A DNA stretch of 64,000 bases from Callorhinchus milii (GCF_018977255.1 NW_024704743.1:49602001-49666000); one strand, 5' to 3'. Shown: positions 27,390-39,936, numbered from the stretch's first letter. Translations and numbers: made by a program. The notes: a model not told the origin generated them from the sequence alone.

Positions 27390-28255
27390 CTGAGTGTGAG
27401 AGTGTCTATAATTGTCTATGTGTATGTCTATATGCATTTGTGAGTGTGTGTGTGTGTCTCTCTCCGTTTGTGAGTCTGTGTGAGTATGTCTGGGTTTCCC
27501 TCTGCTCTTGTGTATTTGTGGATGTGCCTGTGTGTGTCTCTCTATGTGTTTGTGAGTGTGTCTGAGTGAGTGGGTGTCACTCTCTGTGTCTGAGTGAGTG
27601 TGTGTCACTCTCTGTGTCTGAGTGAGTGTGTGTCACTCTCTGTGTCTGAGTGGGTGTGTGTCACTCTCTGTGTGAGTATGTCTGGGTTTCCCTCTGCTCT
27701 TGTGTATTTGTGGATGTGCCTGTGTGTGTCTCTCTATGTGTTTGTGAGTGTGTCTGAGTGTGTGTCACTCTCTGTGTCTGAGTGAGTGTGTGTCACTCTC
27801 TGTGTCTGAGTGGGTGTGTGTCACTCTCTGTGTCTGAGTGAGTGTGTGTCACTCTGTGTCTGAGTGAGTGTGTCTCTTTCTGTGTCTGAGTGAGTGTGTG
27901 TCTCTTTCTGTGTCTGAGTGTGTGTGTGTTTCTCTCTGTGTCTGAGTGTGTGTGTGTTTCTCTCTGTGTCTGAGTGTGTGTGTGTTTCTCTCTGTGTCTG
28001 AGTGTGTGTGTGTTTCTCTCTGTGTCTGAGTGTGTGTGTGTTTCTCTCTGTGTCTGAGTGTGTGTGTGTTTCTCTCTGTGTCTGAGTGTGTGTGTGTTTC
28101 TCTCTGTGTCTGAGTGTGTATGTGTTTCTCTCTGTGTCTGAGTGTGTGTGTGTTTCTCTCTGTGTCTGAGTGTGTATGTCTCTTTCTCTGCCTGTGAGTG
28201 TGTGTCTCTCTCTGTGTCTGAGAATGTGTGTGCGTGTGTGAGTCTCTCTCTCTGG
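27390..28255. repeat. Compound TG/TC minisatellite; core 28-bp unit tgtctgagtgtgtgtgtgtttctctctg, about 9 near-perfect copies at 27911-28162
   Basis: Directly visible tandem array; also a larger duplication of about 27480-27620 at about 27670-27810. Confidence 0.95.
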
Positions 28256-28744
28256 GTATATGTGCGGTGCTGAAAGCTCCTGTAGCCCCGCTGGTGTCCC
28301 CCCACCTCACCCCCACAAAAAAAGGCCACTGAGTTTTTATTAAAGAAGCATTTAATATTTTTTACAACAATCTAATGTGTTATTTCCTCATATTTATTTT
28401 TGATCAATAAAGTGAAAAAAATATAGTTTATTAGTAAAATGTACCTCAATAGCACCAATCAACTCCCCACAATTTTCAGGAAAGTGTGCCAAAAATTTCC
28501 CTGCAATTTCTGGCAAATATTTCTGTAATTTTTTATTGGCCCAGGGCATGGGCTTTAGATTCAATCATTGAGATGAAGTTTGGGAGGTCGCCCTTGGTGG
28601 TTAGATATTGACAGGGAGTGGATATTGCCAGTGATAGTTATCACATGTTTTGTATCCCATTTTTCCACTATTACTAACCGATGCTCTGCTGCTTTGGAAG
28701 TCGTGTATGAATGCAAATGGTTGTTTTCCTCTGTATGTGTTTAG

Positions 28745-28943
28745 GTGGTCCTGGAGCTGTGGAAACATGAATGCAAGCGTGTTATAGCTGACCGCTTTAC
28801 CACCCCAGATGACGTAGCTTGGTTTGACAAAATATTAGCAAACCTCATTGAGGAGGCGCTAAAGGAGAAAGCTATGGCCATTGTTAATGTTGGAGTTGAT
28901 ACTTACTTTGTAGACTTCTTACGAGATGCTCCTGAAGCCACAG
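28745..28943 (+). CDS. DNAH5: DNAH5 exon 16: [18 protein letters not shown]...DAPEAT
   Basis: Acceptor gtttag|, donor |gtaata; 199 nt. Confidence 0.95.
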
Positions 28944-29254
28944 GTAATAATATAAGTACGTAAAGTAACATTACTTACATTTGATATTGTGCCTTCCGCA
29001 TTAGTCAGATGTCTCGAAATGTTTCACAGAATATGCAGTAAATTATGGTTGTGTATTTTATCGGTGAAGGTGTAAACAAACCAGTTATATTCATGTTCCA
29101 ACATGACTAAGAAATGTGTGCTGTTTGTAACTGAAAAATGCATTTAGGTGAAAACCTACCATTTCCAATCTTTTTTGGAACTTCATTCCTAGCAAACAAA
29201 ATAGTAAAATGAGTTTAATGTACACTTTAATAAAAATTTAATCTTTTGACACAG

Positions 29255-29427
29255 GTGATGAAACAGAAGATGCTGACTTTGAGATGCCAAAGATCTATGA
29301 GCCCATTGAGAGTCTCGATCATCTGAAAGATCGTCTGAATATGTTTTTGCAGCAATATAATGAAAGTATCCGTGGAGCAGGATTGGATATGGTGTGCTTC
29401 AAGGATGCTATGACTCACTTGGTGAAG
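29255..29427 (+). CDS. DNAH5: DNAH5 exon 17: [18 protein letters not shown]...DAMTHLVK
   Basis: Acceptor acacag|, donor |gtaaaa; 173 nt; translated by hand. Confidence 0.95.
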
Positions 29428-29829
29428 GTAAAATGATTGTCATTTAAATGCACAATTAAGTTTTGCCCAAGTGGCTTTTGACAAACTCGTAAGGTTGAAT
29501 ACCTGTACTTGAGGTCAACTTCTTAACCTTAAGTTCTTGGCTCAAGCTGAAGTTAGGAAAGGGAAAAAACATACCGGCATGTAATAATTGGGCTGATTGA
29601 CCTGTTTCCGTGCTGTATGTTCTATACCAAATGGTATACGGTGATCTTGCAAAGTTGAAGTATAAGTAACATAAATAGATAACTAGAAGCTGTACAGCTG
29701 CACTCTTGGTCCAAAATACTGAATCTTTGGCAAACTTGTGAATGTACCGGAGAGGAAAGCATTGTCCATTTAACATGACTGTGAAATGAACTGTATTGTT
29801 TCACTCACTTAAGAAAAACTTTAATTTAG

Positions 29830-29960
29830 ATTTCTCGTATAATTCGCACATCTCGTGGGAATGCTCTGCTGGTTGGTGTAGGTGGGTCAGGCAAGCAGAG
29901 TTTGACCAAACTAGCATCCTTCATTGCTGGATACAAGACTTTTCAAATCACATTAACAAG
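29830..29960 (+). CDS. DNAH5: DNAH5 exon 18: [24 protein letters not shown]...QITLT, AAA4 Walker A
   Basis: Acceptor atttag|, donor |gtaagg; 131 nt; translated by hand. Confidence 0.95.
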
Positions 29961-30358
29961 GTAAGGCCAATATTTTTCAGTGACTTTAATTAATTGTGTT
30001 AGTGTGTGCTAACATCAAATACAGGACAATATTACAAAGATGTCCAGCGATTCCCTTGAACCATATTAACCCATCTATTGTTATCTGCCACCAAAGTCGA
30101 CCATTAATTTGTACATAAGTTACAGCCCATTTGTTATCTTTGGAAATGTTCCATATGGGCTTTCTAAATTGCCGATGCATATCCTCTCATTCATCTTAAA
30201 AAAAACAATTTAATAAATATCTTTTAAAGTAATGACCTCACATGTGCGGTGGGAAGCTGTGGGCATCACATTGGCTGCTCAGCGTAGCATTGGTAAATGT
30301 GCTAGGAGTCTCGATGTGGCCCTGTGGAAATTGGTAATGCATTGTCAGTACCAGTACA

Positions 30359-30478
30359 GTACTGGGGGGCAAAGCATCGTTCATTTAATATGATTGTAAA
30401 ATGAGCTGTATTATTTCACTCGCTTAAGAAATGTCTTGATTTAGATTTCTCGTATAATTTGCACACCTCGTGGGAATG
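30359..30478 (+). repeat. 120-bp diverged duplicate of 29744-29863 (intron 17 end plus the first 34 nt of exon 18)
   Basis: Ungapped hand alignment at offset 615 gives 101 of 120 identical bases. Confidence 0.93.
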
Positions 30479-30838
30479 AATTTAAGTAATTACACTTATA
30501 CTCACCTAGAACAGGAAAGGATATCTGTACACCGATGAGGCTAAAAAAGAATGGACACTGGTTGTGTTAGACAGATGGTTGCTGAATAGAGGGTATTTAT
30601 TCTGGGAAATCATTTGTGACTATTCCAGGCTGGTGGTTGCTAATAGAGGTGGTTGCTTTAGCAGTATTTAAGTTCTTCTCCATTTATATGAAATATCGCT
30701 TAAATGTTGTCGAGCTCAAAAGGGAAGAATTCTGTGCTATTAATGATGCTGAAAGTTACTGCGTTTGATGCCTGATAGCTGACCTTTGTGTAATGCAATG
30801 CTCTTTTGCACAAACCAGTTATCTTCTTGACTCCATAG

Positions 30839-30992
30839 ATCATACAATACCTTTAACCTGATGGAAGACTTGAAGGTTTTATACAAAACAGCTGGGCATC
30901 AAGGCAAGGGTATCACCTTTATCTTTACAGACAATGAGATCAAAGATGAGTCGTTCCTTGAATACATGAACAATGTTCTGTCATCAGGAGAG
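30839..30992 (+). CDS. DNAH5: DNAH5 exon 19: [13 protein letters not shown]...NVLSSGE
   Basis: Acceptor ccatag|, donor |gtatgc; 154 nt. Confidence 0.96.
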
Positions 30993-32439
30993 GTATGCAA
31001 TCAATCTTTGAAACAGAAAAACAGAAATATGTCTCATATGGTTTCCACACAGTTCTTAAATTCACAGTCTGCAGTTAATTCACTCCGAGCACAAGATGAA
31101 ACTTTTCAAGTTCCAGAAATAGTAGACTCCTGGAAAAGAATTTGAGCTTCACAAATGGGGGGACTTTTGGATAACTGGAGGTATGTTACACTGACCTGTG
31201 GGAACTTCATTGCAGTCTATCTCTGAAGCAGAGTTCCTGTGAGTCAGTGGGAAATAATTCTGTTGAAAGAAAAGCTGTAATAATAATAATAATCCTTGCA
31301 TTTGATATAGCGCCTTATCATGTCTTCGAGACATCTCAAAGCTGCAATTTGAACAACAGTATTTGATTTTGTGATGTAGATCTTAATCCCTATTACTGGG
31401 GCTTGACCTGTATACAGATGCATTTTAGAAATGAATAAAGTAAATCTCTTGTTCTGCAAAAGACCATACTAGGGAACCAACACATTACTGACATTATTGG
31501 GAGTTTTTTTTTCTGGTTTGTATTGAGTCACAATATTGTACCTGAAACTGTAACACTTTTAGTCTGGTGTAGGTTCTTTTATGTTGAGATGGTTTGGCAG
31601 CTCAACTGAGTGAGTGTTTGGCTTCCAAAGTAAGTCTCAGCATAATCTGTTGCAAACTTGAGTGTCCTTTATTTAATGATCATTATCAGTTCTTAGCAAG
31701 CTTAGTAGCATTGTATATTCTGTTAGCTGATCAAAATGCTTACAGTAAGAGGCATAATGTGCTAGCGGGAGGAGATGCATTACAATAAGTAGAAACCCAT
31801 CCCCCATAGAACTGTGTTGGCAAAATACTTCCAATTTTTGTAATCTGTCGGGAGTCTGATAAGCATAGAAACATATTTTAAGTTTACGCTTCCAATTCCA
31901 GCTCTTCTTGTTTATGGGGAAGACAAATTCAGCTTGCCTATGGCCTGAGAACTCAGGCTCAGATTAGTGGTAGTAAAAGCATTAAGCCTTCAAATTACCC
32001 ACTTGAGTGCTGCTGGAATTGAGCCATCTGAAACTGCGAAGCTTATCTGTAGCCTTCCTATTGCATGTCTGGCTAGATCCATGCTATGCATCTGTGTTCT
32101 TGGCTTGCAATCCTGCCCCCAGGATTATCTCTATCTCTCCAAGGTCCTAATGAAGAGCTATGCAGGCTGGCTAGTCATCAATGAGCCTGAGTTCTGGAGC
32201 CTGGCTCTTAGGTTCCTTCATTGAGTCTGCCAAAGAGAGTGGAGTCAACTCTATTCTGCTTTTGCCAGATGTTTCACTATTGGAGTCAGAGAGACATTGA
32301 TTGCTTTCCTCCCATTTGCTAGGTAAACAGACATATGTTGAATGTTGGTTCAAGTACTGCTGGACAGACAGCTGGAGCCAGGAACTCCTACGATTCAGCC
32401 TTGCCACTGTGAGCCTAACCTCTTGTGTCACACTTTTAG

Positions 32440-32707
32440 GTTTCTAACTTGTTTCCTCGCGATGAAATAGACGAGATCACCAGTGACCTCATACCTGTCA
32501 TGAAGAAAGAGTATCCTCGCCGGCCACCCACCAATGAGAACCTTTATGACTACTTCATGACCAGAGTTCGTCAGAACCTTCACGTGGTCCTTTGCTTTTC
32601 ACCAGTGGGAGAAAGATTCAGAAATCGAGCTCTGAAGTTTCCTGCCCTCATTTCAGGCTGCACCATGGACTGGTTCAGTCGCTGGCCCAAAGATGCTCTC
32701 ATTGCCG
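32440..32707 (+). CDS. DNAH5: DNAH5 exon 20: [13 protein letters not shown]...[12 protein letters not shown]...WPKDALIA
   Basis: Acceptor ttttag|, donor |gtgagt; 268 nt. Confidence 0.96.
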
Positions 32708-32849
32708 GTGAGTGTGTCCCAGCAGATAGTACATCCACCAAATTTTCCTTTAAGCATTTTGAACATCGGAAACCAGAGAGGTTAGTTGGAAGAGTCTGCT
32801 TGAATGAAATGGTGTGAAATATGTTCCATGAACTGAATGCCTTATATAT

Positions 32850-33097
32850 CTCCTCCCTGAATGCTTCCTCCCTTTGGTCTGCCTTCGGTGGCTGTGCTTT
32901 CAGCCACTCTGGAACACTCTCCCTCAATCTCTCAGCCTTGCTCCTCCTTCCCATCTTCAGGTCTTGCCTGAAGACCTTCCTCTTTGACCGTGCCTACGGT
33001 CACCTCCCCCCGGCTCGGTGTCATGCTCCGCCACTGTTAACTGTCTGGGATGCTACTCTGCATGAGGGGCGCTAAATAAATGCAAGTCGCATTGTTA
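32850..33097 (+). mobile_element. L2 LINE 3' end
   Basis: gtgctttcagccactctggaacactctccc...ctgaagaccttcctctttgac...ggcgctaaataaatgcaag. Confidence 0.85.
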
Positions 33098-33639
33098 TTT
33101 TATATTTAGATTGTTTGCCCGAAGGATGGAGACTAGGTTTTTATAGTCTTATGTCCTCAATTTCCTCAGTTAGTGAGTAGTGCTTGGCTTTATAATGCAG
33201 TTCTGATCCAAATTTACACTCCATCAGTAGTTCATTATATCTTCTCAGGCTTGTTTTAATACTGCTTTTATCGTCTCCTTTACCATCGGGCAGTATCTCT
33301 AAATACAGACCTGACACTTAATGTTCAGTGTAAAACAGATGAATATGCTTTTTAGCACTGCTGGCGAGACTATTTGAAAGTTTTTTTGAATTATTCATGC
33401 ATTGAAAATGTCACTGGCGCTCAGAGACTGGTGAGTATCAATTCTCTGTGTGTATAATGTGCATGTACAGAGTTCAAGGGCCCCACATTTTGCCATGGTC
33501 TTTGTCTTGAGATTTTTACGTAAAATGTAAGATTTGTACAGAATGCTAGAATATTCTTAAATTAAGTCTTTATACGGAAGCTGGTTTTCTGCCGTTTTTC
33601 AAATGAATCTTAAAAAGAACTTTGGATATCTAATTAAAA

Positions 33640-33952
33640 ATATACCTTTGCATTTGATATAGTGCCTTTCATGTCAGGAGGACATCTCAAAACGCTTCAC
33701 AGGATAAACTGTAATGTGTAGTGACTGTGTATTTGTAGATGAATGCTGTAGCCAGTTGCTCCATGCAATGCCCCACAAATGGAAGTGAAATGAATACGCA
33801 ATTTGGGCGATTTTTGGCCATGAGAAACTCCCTTCTCTTTTCGAGTAGTTCCGTGGAATCTTTCATGTCCACTTGAACAGGCAGATGGGACCTCTGTTTC
33901 ATCCAAAGGATGATGCTCCCAGCACTGTATTACCAACTGAGCCAGGCTAACA
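33640..33952 (-). mobile_element. DeuSINE, antisense
   Basis: ttgcatttgatatagtgcctttcatgtc...actgagccaggct. Confidence 0.8.
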
Positions 33953-34357
33953 TTGAATGATATCCTTAAAAAATTACTTCCAAATTAAGACTTGAATTTA
34001 AGAATTTTCCAACATTCTGCACAATCTTAAGTGTTTAAAATTTTGACCTTATGGCTAAGGCTCTGAGGAATTTCGGATCTTTGATTTCCCATCGCCTCAC
34101 TCTCCACTTACACCACTGAGCCAATTCTCAATGTGAAACTGGCAAATATTAAAACATGCAGTTTACTTATTCAATTCTCTTTAATTTCTTAAAGGATCAT
34201 TTCAATTGCTTACAAAACACACGGTCTACTGTGAAGTGCTTTGAGACGTCCTCCTGACATGAAAGGCACAACATGAAATGCAAGGACTATTTTCAACTAG
34301 AACTTTTTCAAAAGACTGTGTATGTAGATGACAAATTTGTGCCTTTTTTTTTAACAG

Positions 34358-34589
34358 TGTCTGAGCATTTCCTATCGTCTTACGACATTGACTGCACCAC
34401 AGAGGTGAAGAGAGAGGTGGTTCAGTGTATGGGTTCCTTCCAGGATGGAGTGGCGGAGAAATGTGTGGATTATTTCCAGAGATACCGTCGATCTACCCAC
34501 GTGACGCCTAAATCCTATCTCTCGTTCATCCAGGGATATAAGGCCATCTACAAAGAGAAACACTCTGAGGTTCAAACAATGGCCAACAG
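34358..34589 (+). CDS. DNAH5: DNAH5 exon 21: VSEHFL...[11 protein letters not shown]...MAN
   Basis: Acceptor taacag|, donor |gtcagt; 232 nt. Confidence 0.96.
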
Positions 34590-35436
34590 GTCAGTATTTA
34601 ATAGAGTAGAATTTCTCGACCGAAATGAAATAACTTTTCTTGGAGATTCATATTTGAATCCTAGTTTCATCTAACATTCACACTCGATTTCTCTTATGCT
34701 TGTCAGTTGCCTTGGTTACTTGAGGGAAGAATGAATAGGAAGTAGACATGGAAAGTTTTATTTTATATACAGTTATATACTGGTTATGTGCACACCAATT
34801 ATCTCCATCTCCACCTATCTATATTGGGTTCTGGAATGCGAGCCTGTGTAATGCACACACAATTTCTAGGGGCACAATTTAGTGGTGTTCTGTAAAATGT
34901 TTCACTACTTTGCACACAACTTCACAGCAGGCAAATAACTTTGTTTTCCGATAGCATAAAAGTAAGTATACAAGGTAGGGTTACAGTGACAGATCGAGAT
35001 GGTCATAGAGAAAGGTAGAGAGAGAGGCAAAATAAGAGAGGAAGAAGGGGGCTATGAGAGAAAGAATGTCAGGAAGAAGGCCTGGCACAGTGAGGCACTA
35101 CAGTGACTGTATAACTCCTGGTGCAATAATTTTTTAGTTAACTCTGGTGTCATTCTCTGGTGTCAATTTGTATTTTGCGTGATATCCAATTATCTGCACA
35201 GTTTGCTTATCCATAATGGGACTGGTCCCAGTTAGTGTGGATAATTATATTTCTTCTGTAGAATAGCCTTATAGTAAAACTCAAAGCAACACAAACATTT
35301 TCAGGTGTGAGTGTGTAACTCTTGAATTGTTTTCTTAGTTTGTTCATGTTTTTCAAAATAAAAAAGTCCTGAAAGGAGGCACTTCTGAGAAGTGTTTGCG
35401 GCTTGGCTGTACTGCTGTTTGTTTTTTGTACTGTAG

Positions 35437-35551
35437 AATGAACACTGGTCTGGAGAAGCTGAAGGAGGCTTCGGAATCAGTGGCAGCTCTCAGTAAAGAG
35501 CTGGAGGTGAAGGAGAGGGAACTACAGGTTGCCAATGAGAAGGCTGACATG
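35437..35551 (+). CDS. DNAH5: DNAH5 exon 22: [16 protein letters not shown]...KADM, stalk coiled coil 1
   Basis: Acceptor ctgtag|, donor |gtgagc; 115 nt. Confidence 0.96.
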
Positions 35552-35579
35552 GTGAGCATTTTTCCAGTGTATTACTTCT

Positions 35580-36295
35580 AGACAGTCTGGCTCAGTTGTA
35601 GCACTCTTGCCTCTGAGTCAGAAGATTGTGTGTTCAAGTTCCAAGTGTTACAATGTCGGAGGTGCCGTCCTTCGGATGAGACATTAAACCAAGTTCCTGG
35701 CTGCCTTTTTTGGAGGGGGCTCTAAAGAATGATTTTTTTAAAGAATGTGTGAGCACCTGCCAATGAAACCTCTGAGACATCAGGGAAAGTCAATTTTGAT
35801 GGAGTTGTTATTAACTAAGGGTGAGTTCAGGCAATGCTGATTTTAACATTGAATGTTACATTTTTCACTTCTCTTTATCAATTTCTTTTCTGTTTTTTAT
35901 AAGTTAATGTGAATTTAATAAATTTTTTAGAATTGCTCACCACAGTAATAACAATCCTTGCTTTTAATATAAAGTTATATTAAGTGACTTTGGTTATGTT
36001 CCTTTGTAAACCGAGGTCTCGTCTATCTGTTTAGATGGACGTTAAAGATCCCATGGCATTATTTGAAAAGTGAAGTGAGTTTCTCAATCTTGATGCCTTG
36101 GCCAATAATCTGCCAAATAAAAATGGTCATTCACTCGATCCATTGCTGTTTGTGGGACGTTGCTGTGCGCAGTTGTGCTGCCATGTTTGCCTACAATTAA
36201 ACAATCACTCAATTTCACAGTAAATGTTATGAAATACTTTGAGACGTGCTTCCAACATCATAAGGTGCTATACCAAATGCAAATATTATTATTGT
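35580..36295 (+). mobile_element. DeuSINE pieces: head and core at 35580-35708, core and tail at 36007-36295
   Basis: tgtcggaggtgccgtccttcggatgagacattaaacc; aaaccgaggtctcgtct...gttaaagatcccatggca. Confidence 0.8.
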
Positions 36296-36319
36296 CATGG
36301 GAAAAATACCAAATTCAGC

Positions 36320-37310
36320 AGAACAACAACAACAATAACAAGATTACATTTGTATAGTGCCTTTCACGATGGGAGGACGTCCCAAGGCGCTGGACAGAGT
36401 ACAGCATTTCAGACCCGAGCTGGGGTTGGGGGGGGAGGGGAGGGGAAGGGGGGTGGCCGATGGCATGGTCGAAGAGGAGGGTCTTGAGGCAGGACTTGAA
36501 GAGGCTAAGGAGGGGGCGAGGCAGAGTGATTGGGGGATGGAATTTCAGAGGTTGGGGGCAGAGTGGCTGAAGGCTCTCCCACCAATAGTGGGGTGGGTGG
36601 GTCGGGGGACGTGGAACAGGCCAGAGCCGGCTGAGCGGAGGGAATGGTGGGTTGGTAAGCGATTAGGAGGTCGCAGAGGTAGGGTGGGGCGAGGCCATGG
36701 AGGGCTTTTTATGTGTGGACCAGGATCTTGAACTGGATCCTCTGAAGGATAGAAAGCCAATGGAGTCGGGCGAGAGTGGGGGAGATGGGGTCACGGAGTT
36801 TGGTGCAGGAGAGGACACGGGCTGCAGAGTTCTGGATTATCTGCAGCCTGTGGAGGGAGGAGTTGGGAAGGCCGACAAGCAGGGCATTTGCATAGTTGAG
36901 CCTGGAGGTGATGAAGGCGTGAACAAGTGTTTCAGCGGCCTGAGGCGTGAGGTAGTGGCGGAGTCGGGCGATGTTACTGAGGTGAGGGAAGGCAGAGCAG
37001 CATATGGAAGATGACCCCATGTCTGCGGATGATGTCACCAAGGGGGAGCATGTAGATATTAAAGAGGAGAGGGCCAAGGACAGAGCCCTGGGGGATGCCA
37101 GACGTGACAGTGCGGGGACTGGAGGAGAAACCGTTAGAGGCAACAAAGTGGAGACGCTGAGAGAGATAGGAATCGAACCAGGCAAGGGCAGTCCTGTGAA
37201 GATTGAGTAAAGCGGAAAGGTGGTGTATGAGGATGGAGTGGTCAACAATGTTGAAGGTGGCAGAGAGGTCGAGGAGGACAAGGAGGCAGAGGGAGCCCTG
37301 ATCACAGATG
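36320..37310 (-). mobile_element. L2 LINE, 5'-truncated and internally deleted ORF2 plus 3' UTR and (TTG)n tail
   Basis: Minus ORF AETLVHAFITSRLNYANALLVGLP...LQIIQNSAARVL...LHWL is typical of the L2 ORF2 C-terminus. Confidence 0.92.
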
Positions 37311-38024
37311 TTCAGAATGTCAGTTCAGAAGAGGGAGTGCAGCATGAATAATAGTGGGTTTGTACAGCATGACCAAAAAATTTTATTTTTCAGCTATCCT
37401 ATTATCTGAAAAAATATCATAATATGTTTAAGACTTATCTTTAAAAAATAGTTGCTACCACTGAGGTCATTTCATTATCTGAGTCTTAGGACCTCTATTC
37501 TGATTATTAAAGGGACAACTTGCCACAAAGTGCAGGGACTTTGATAATATCTGTTTCTAATGGACAAAATCAGATATATTGGTCATTTTATTGTGGCAGA
37601 ATCCATGAATTCTATTAAAATGACTTAGATGTTTGAAAATAAATGAAACAATTAACAGGAGAAAGCAGGAGAATGGGGTTAGATGTGGAGAATTTTTTTT
37701 TCAGATTTGATGGACTGATTCGCTTGTTTCTGTACAATAACATTCTGCGAGGATTCTTCACTCTGGTACTCATTATTGAATGGATCCATAAATAGGCTGA
37801 TTAGATTGCCTGCAATCTGATCCTCTTCCTCCCTCCTCTGCCCGTAATATTGCTGTAGGATATTTGAATGATTTGAATGATATTTGAATGATTTGAAGAC
37901 AGCAGCAATAATCATCCACCAGCAATTGGGAGTCTTCCATCAGACCAGCCACGTGATGGCATATACACGTTCTATCTTTTGCTTCATGTAGGCGGCCATT
38001 GTATGTTAATGAGAATGGGCATCC

Positions 38025-38200
38025 CACTGTGCTGAGTTAGCTGATCTCAGTAAAGGCAATGCAATTGTCATCAGAAACTCCTTACTTTAGGAAGTTGAGG
38101 TTTGGGCACTCTCCTGATCACTGTCCAGGAATCCCTACAGGATCGGTGTATTTCACATGAGGATGGGATTTAGTTTGGCTGTGATGTTTGCTAACAGCTT
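38025..38200 (+). mobile_element. Old SINE-like element, same family as 4275-4735
   Basis: tgtgctgagttagctgatctcag...ctcctgatcactgtccag...ttggctgtgatg. Confidence 0.5.
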
Positions 38201-38600
38201 TTGGACATTAAAAAAAACTCCATCGTTTCTTGGATGAAGTGCTGACAAAAATCAGAGATTTGGATAAAGAAAATTATTTGGCCAATTTGATCTCAGTCTT
38301 CAAGAATACCCACCTTATTTTCATCCATTATTAACAACAAGCTGTTTTTTAAACAAGTCCATTATCATGTCCTCAACCATCCTTCCTGGTAATCTGTTCC
38401 TGACATTAATTACCGTATTGATAAAGAAATACATCCCATCATACATCCTGAAATTGCCTTCTGCAAACTTGAATGTGTGCTCTCTTGTTGTGATGTCCAG
38501 TCAGATGATGATTTCTGAGATTGGATTTAAGTTTAGTGTTCAACTTCAAAATAGTTAGATAAAAATCCTATTTCATGTGGCTTTTAATTCTGGTTTTCAG

Positions 38601-38777
38601 GTGCTGAAAGAAGTGACTGTGAAGGCTCAAGCAGCTGAAAAGGTAAAGATAGAGGTTCAGAAGGTGAAGGACAAGGCTCAGGCCATTGTTGACAGTATAT
38701 CAGCAGACAAGGCCATTGCTGAAGAGAAACTGGAGGCTGCAAAACCCGCACTAGAGGAAGCCGAGGCAGCTCTTCAG
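38601..38777 (+). CDS. DNAH5: DNAH5 exon 23: VLKEVT...[13 protein letters not shown] (GC donor)
   Basis: Acceptor tttcag|, donor CAG|gcgagt; 177 nt; phase 0 matches the next exon TIKPSD. Confidence 0.92.
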
Positions 38778-38884
38778 GCGAGTATTTGGTTTTGTGATGG
38801 CAGATAGATTTTCTGAACCCAGCAAATAAATACTCTGTTTTATGGATCTTATAAATACCACTGAACTATGCAATTTGTTGACCC

Positions 38885-39070
38885 AAAATGGCTACTGAGG
38901 TTGAGATCCTACCAACATTTAAAAGGGAATTGGATAAACATTTGAACTGGAAGAAATAAAAAGTTCAGGAAAAGAGCAGGGAATTGGGATCGGAGCAGTT
39001 GGATGAGCTAGCACAAGCATAGGCTCAATTGACTGAATGGTCTCACCCTATGCTGGAATTTCTATGATAC
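38885..39070 (+). mobile_element. CR1 3' end
   Basis: acatttaaaagggaattggataaacatttg...gaatggtctcaccctatgctggaatttctatgat. Confidence 0.7.
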
Positions 39071-39579
39071 TGATGGTTACATGTACCTACCTCTCCATCA
39101 GTAGGATAAATTTTTTGAGCAACATTTCCATATTTTCTGTTATTTAAGGGATCTGGGTGGACTGTTAGTTAACTGCAGTCAGAACCTGTTATAACGGGGC
39201 CTAATATAGCGCAATTCTGTTTATAGCACGAATATACTGTGGAAACCCACTTTTTTAGCAGAGTTGACAACATGATTTAGAAACTTTAATTTTGAAAAAC
39301 TTGAGAGAAACTCATCAGTAGTTTATTTAAGACTTGTTACCAAGGATCCCTTGGTTTTCGTGAATTGAAAAAATGAAGTATTAGAAAAATAGTTTGCCCC
39401 AATGGCATAAACTGATTAAAAGAAAAGTTGAAAGAAGCCACAAAGAGAACAATGAAAGCTGTGTACAGCAAGATGAAAAATAGTCAATATTAATTTAGTT
39501 TTTAGTTCAACTAGGAAAGTTGTGACTATCCTAATTCTCTAAATAAATGTTTAGATAATTTCTAGTTTAAACTAAAATA

Positions 39580-39800
39580 TCCAGAGACTTGGAAAATGTA
39601 GTCTTAGCCTAAAGACTATTTTGTTTTAAAATGTAGGATTTGCAGAATTTTAGAAAACTATTAGATTAAATTGGGAGCCAGTTTTCCCCAGCAGTACCAA
39701 TAAGGAACAATAAAAAACGGTTTCCAGATTGGGATTGAAATTAAAACTCTTCCAAAATTCTGCACAGTTTTAAATTTGAAGGAAATGGTTCTAAGTGTAT
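39580..39800. mobile_element. Palindromic (foldback) MITE-like element
   Basis: Arms tttaaaa...tgcagaatttt...aaattgggagccagtttt and aaaacggtttccagatt...aaaattctgca...tttaaa are imperfect reverse complements; related copies elsewhere in the window. Confidence 0.6.
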
Positions 39801-39936
39801 GACCATAATGATTTGGTGCCGCTGATGAGGGGGTGGTGGGGGAGGGGGCGAAAGCATGGTCGAAAAGAGAGGTCATAAGGCATACACTTCCTTTACTTAC
39901 CTCCTCCTCCCCCCCCCCACCCCTTTTTTCCTACAG

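Noticed and set aside
27911..28162. CRISPR-like regular repeats
   Set aside because: Head-to-tail tandem units with no unique spacers, in a vertebrate intron with no cas genes.
27201..28329. Long His/Thr-rich ORFs (135-178 aa)
   Set aside because: These are translation artefacts of the TG/TC minisatellite.
37760..38020. Possible Harbinger transposase C-terminal remnant on the minus strand
   Set aside because: Only a vague IIAA...acidic-tail resemblance, too weak to call.
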